A stretch of 27,410 nt of DNA. Source: Archangium sp. GTDB lineage: Bacteria; Myxococcota; Myxococcia; Myxococcales; Myxococcaceae. The stretch covers positions 1 to 27,410 of the forward strand of contig JANLPS010000390.1 of NCBI GenBank assembly GCA_031367385.1, read 5' to 3'. Numbering within the stretch: the stretch's first letter is position 1; the number at the start of each line of letters is the position of its first letter. Below, piece after piece: positions 26,463 through 27,410 of the stretch. The notes under the pieces were generated by a model. The model was given only the letters and a program-made list of their open reading frames with translations, had not been told where the DNA came from and did no database searches. A program made the position numbers and the translations under genes.

Positions 26463-27410
26463 CTACTTCGCGACTTCGAACAACCCAGCGGCACCCATGC
26501 CGCCGCCGATGCACATCGTGACCACGCCGTACCGGCCCCCGCGGCGCTTGAGCTCGCGCAGCAAGGCTCCGGTCATGCGCGCCCCCGAGACGCCGAGTGG
26601 GTGGCCCAGGGCAATCGCGCCGCCGTTGGGGTTCACCTTGCTCACGTCGAGACCCAGCTCGCGAATGCAGTAGAGCGACTGGGCGGCGAAGGCCTCGTTG
26701 AGCTCGAACACGTCGATGTCTTTGACCGTCAGCTTGTTCTTCTCGAGCAGCTTCTTCACCGCGGGCACCGGGCCGATGCCCATGATGTCAGGGGGCACTC
26801 CGGCGACGGCGAAGTCGATGAAGTAGCCCAGCGGCTTGACGCCGAGCGCCTTGGCTTTGCTCTCGCTCATCACCACCACCGCGGCCGCTCCGTCGGTCAG
26901 CGGAGACGCGTTACCCGCGGTCACCGTGCCCTTGGGGTCGAAGGCGGGTTTCAGCTTCTGCATGCCCTCGAGCGTGGTGTCGGGGCGCAAGATGGTGTCG
27001 TCGCTCACCGTCACTTCGCGCATCACGCCGCTCTCATCGGCGACCCGCACCGTCATCGGCGCGATTTCTTCTCGCAGAATGCCCTTCTCGCGAGCGGTGG
27101 CTGCGCGCTTCTGCGACTCGACGGCGAAGGCGTCTTGGTCTTCGCGCTTGACCCCGAACCGCGCGGCGACCTTCTCGGCGGTGGCGCCCATCGTGGTGTA
27201 AATCTCGGGGTACTTCTCCATCAGGTCGGGGTTGGCCGAGAGCTTGATGCCGCCCATCGGCACCATCGACATCGTCTCGGTGCCTCCGGCGATGGCCACG
27301 TCGTACTGGCCGGCCTGAATCGCCTGAGCGACCTGAGCAATCGCCTGCAGGCCCGAGGCGCAGAAGCGGTTGACGGTCAGGCCTGGCACCGAGTCGGGCA
27401 GCCCGGCCGC
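26463..27410 (-). CDS. Thiolase (acetyl-CoA C-acyltransferase), 5' end outside the window
   Basis: NRFCASG (Cys), [16 protein letters not shown] (His), MCIGGGMG (Cys); the frame is open to the window edge. Confidence 0.95.
   Translation of the reverse strand, partial: AAGLPDSVPGLTVNRFCASGLQAIAQVAQAIQAGQYDVAIAGGTETMSMVPMGGIKLSANPDLMEKYPEIYTTMGATAEKVAARFGVKREDQDAFAVESQKRAATAREKGILREEIAPMTVRVADESGVMREVTVSDDTILRPDTTLEGMQKLKPAFDPKGTVTAGNASPLTDGAAAVVVMSESKAKALGVKPLGYFIDFAVAGVPPDIMGIGPVPAVKKLLEKNKLTVKDIDVFELNEAFAAQSLYCIRELGLDVSKVNPNGGAIALGHPLGVSGARMTGALLRELKRRGGRYGVVTMCIGGGMGAAGLFEVAK

Overview
High-GC bacterial DNA with a myxobacterial (Myxococcota-like) gene complement: an FHA-sigma54 activator, eukaryotic-like Ser/Thr kinases, lipoproteins and a membrane-anchored FtsY. 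The centrepiece (8888-21501) is a divergently arranged lipid biosynthesis locus. Two tandem YghO/bacterial-ceramide-synthase-like GNAT acyltransferases lie on the minus strand. On the plus strand is an operon of fatty acyl-AMP ligase, free ACP, a 2232-aa type I PKS (KS-AT-ACP-KR-DH, PfaA/PKSE-like order, no ER, no TE) fused to a C-terminal PLP alpha-oxoamine synthase (SPT/AONS family), and a CFA-family SAM methyltransferase. The shared intergenic region carries two copies of a 16-bp palindrome. My best inference is a PKS-based route to unsaturated and possibly methyl-branched sphingolipids/ceramides. The flanks hold pirin, a Trp-rich small protein, an alpha/beta hydrolase, an internally deleted YdeI/OmdA-like remnant, a PlsC-like acyltransferase, a pseudokinase-kinase tandem, a SOUL protein, an NhaR-like LysR regulator, ftsY and a partial thiolase. 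No rRNA, tRNA, CRISPR array or mobile element was recognised. Family assignments come from motif recognition by eye, not from database searches.
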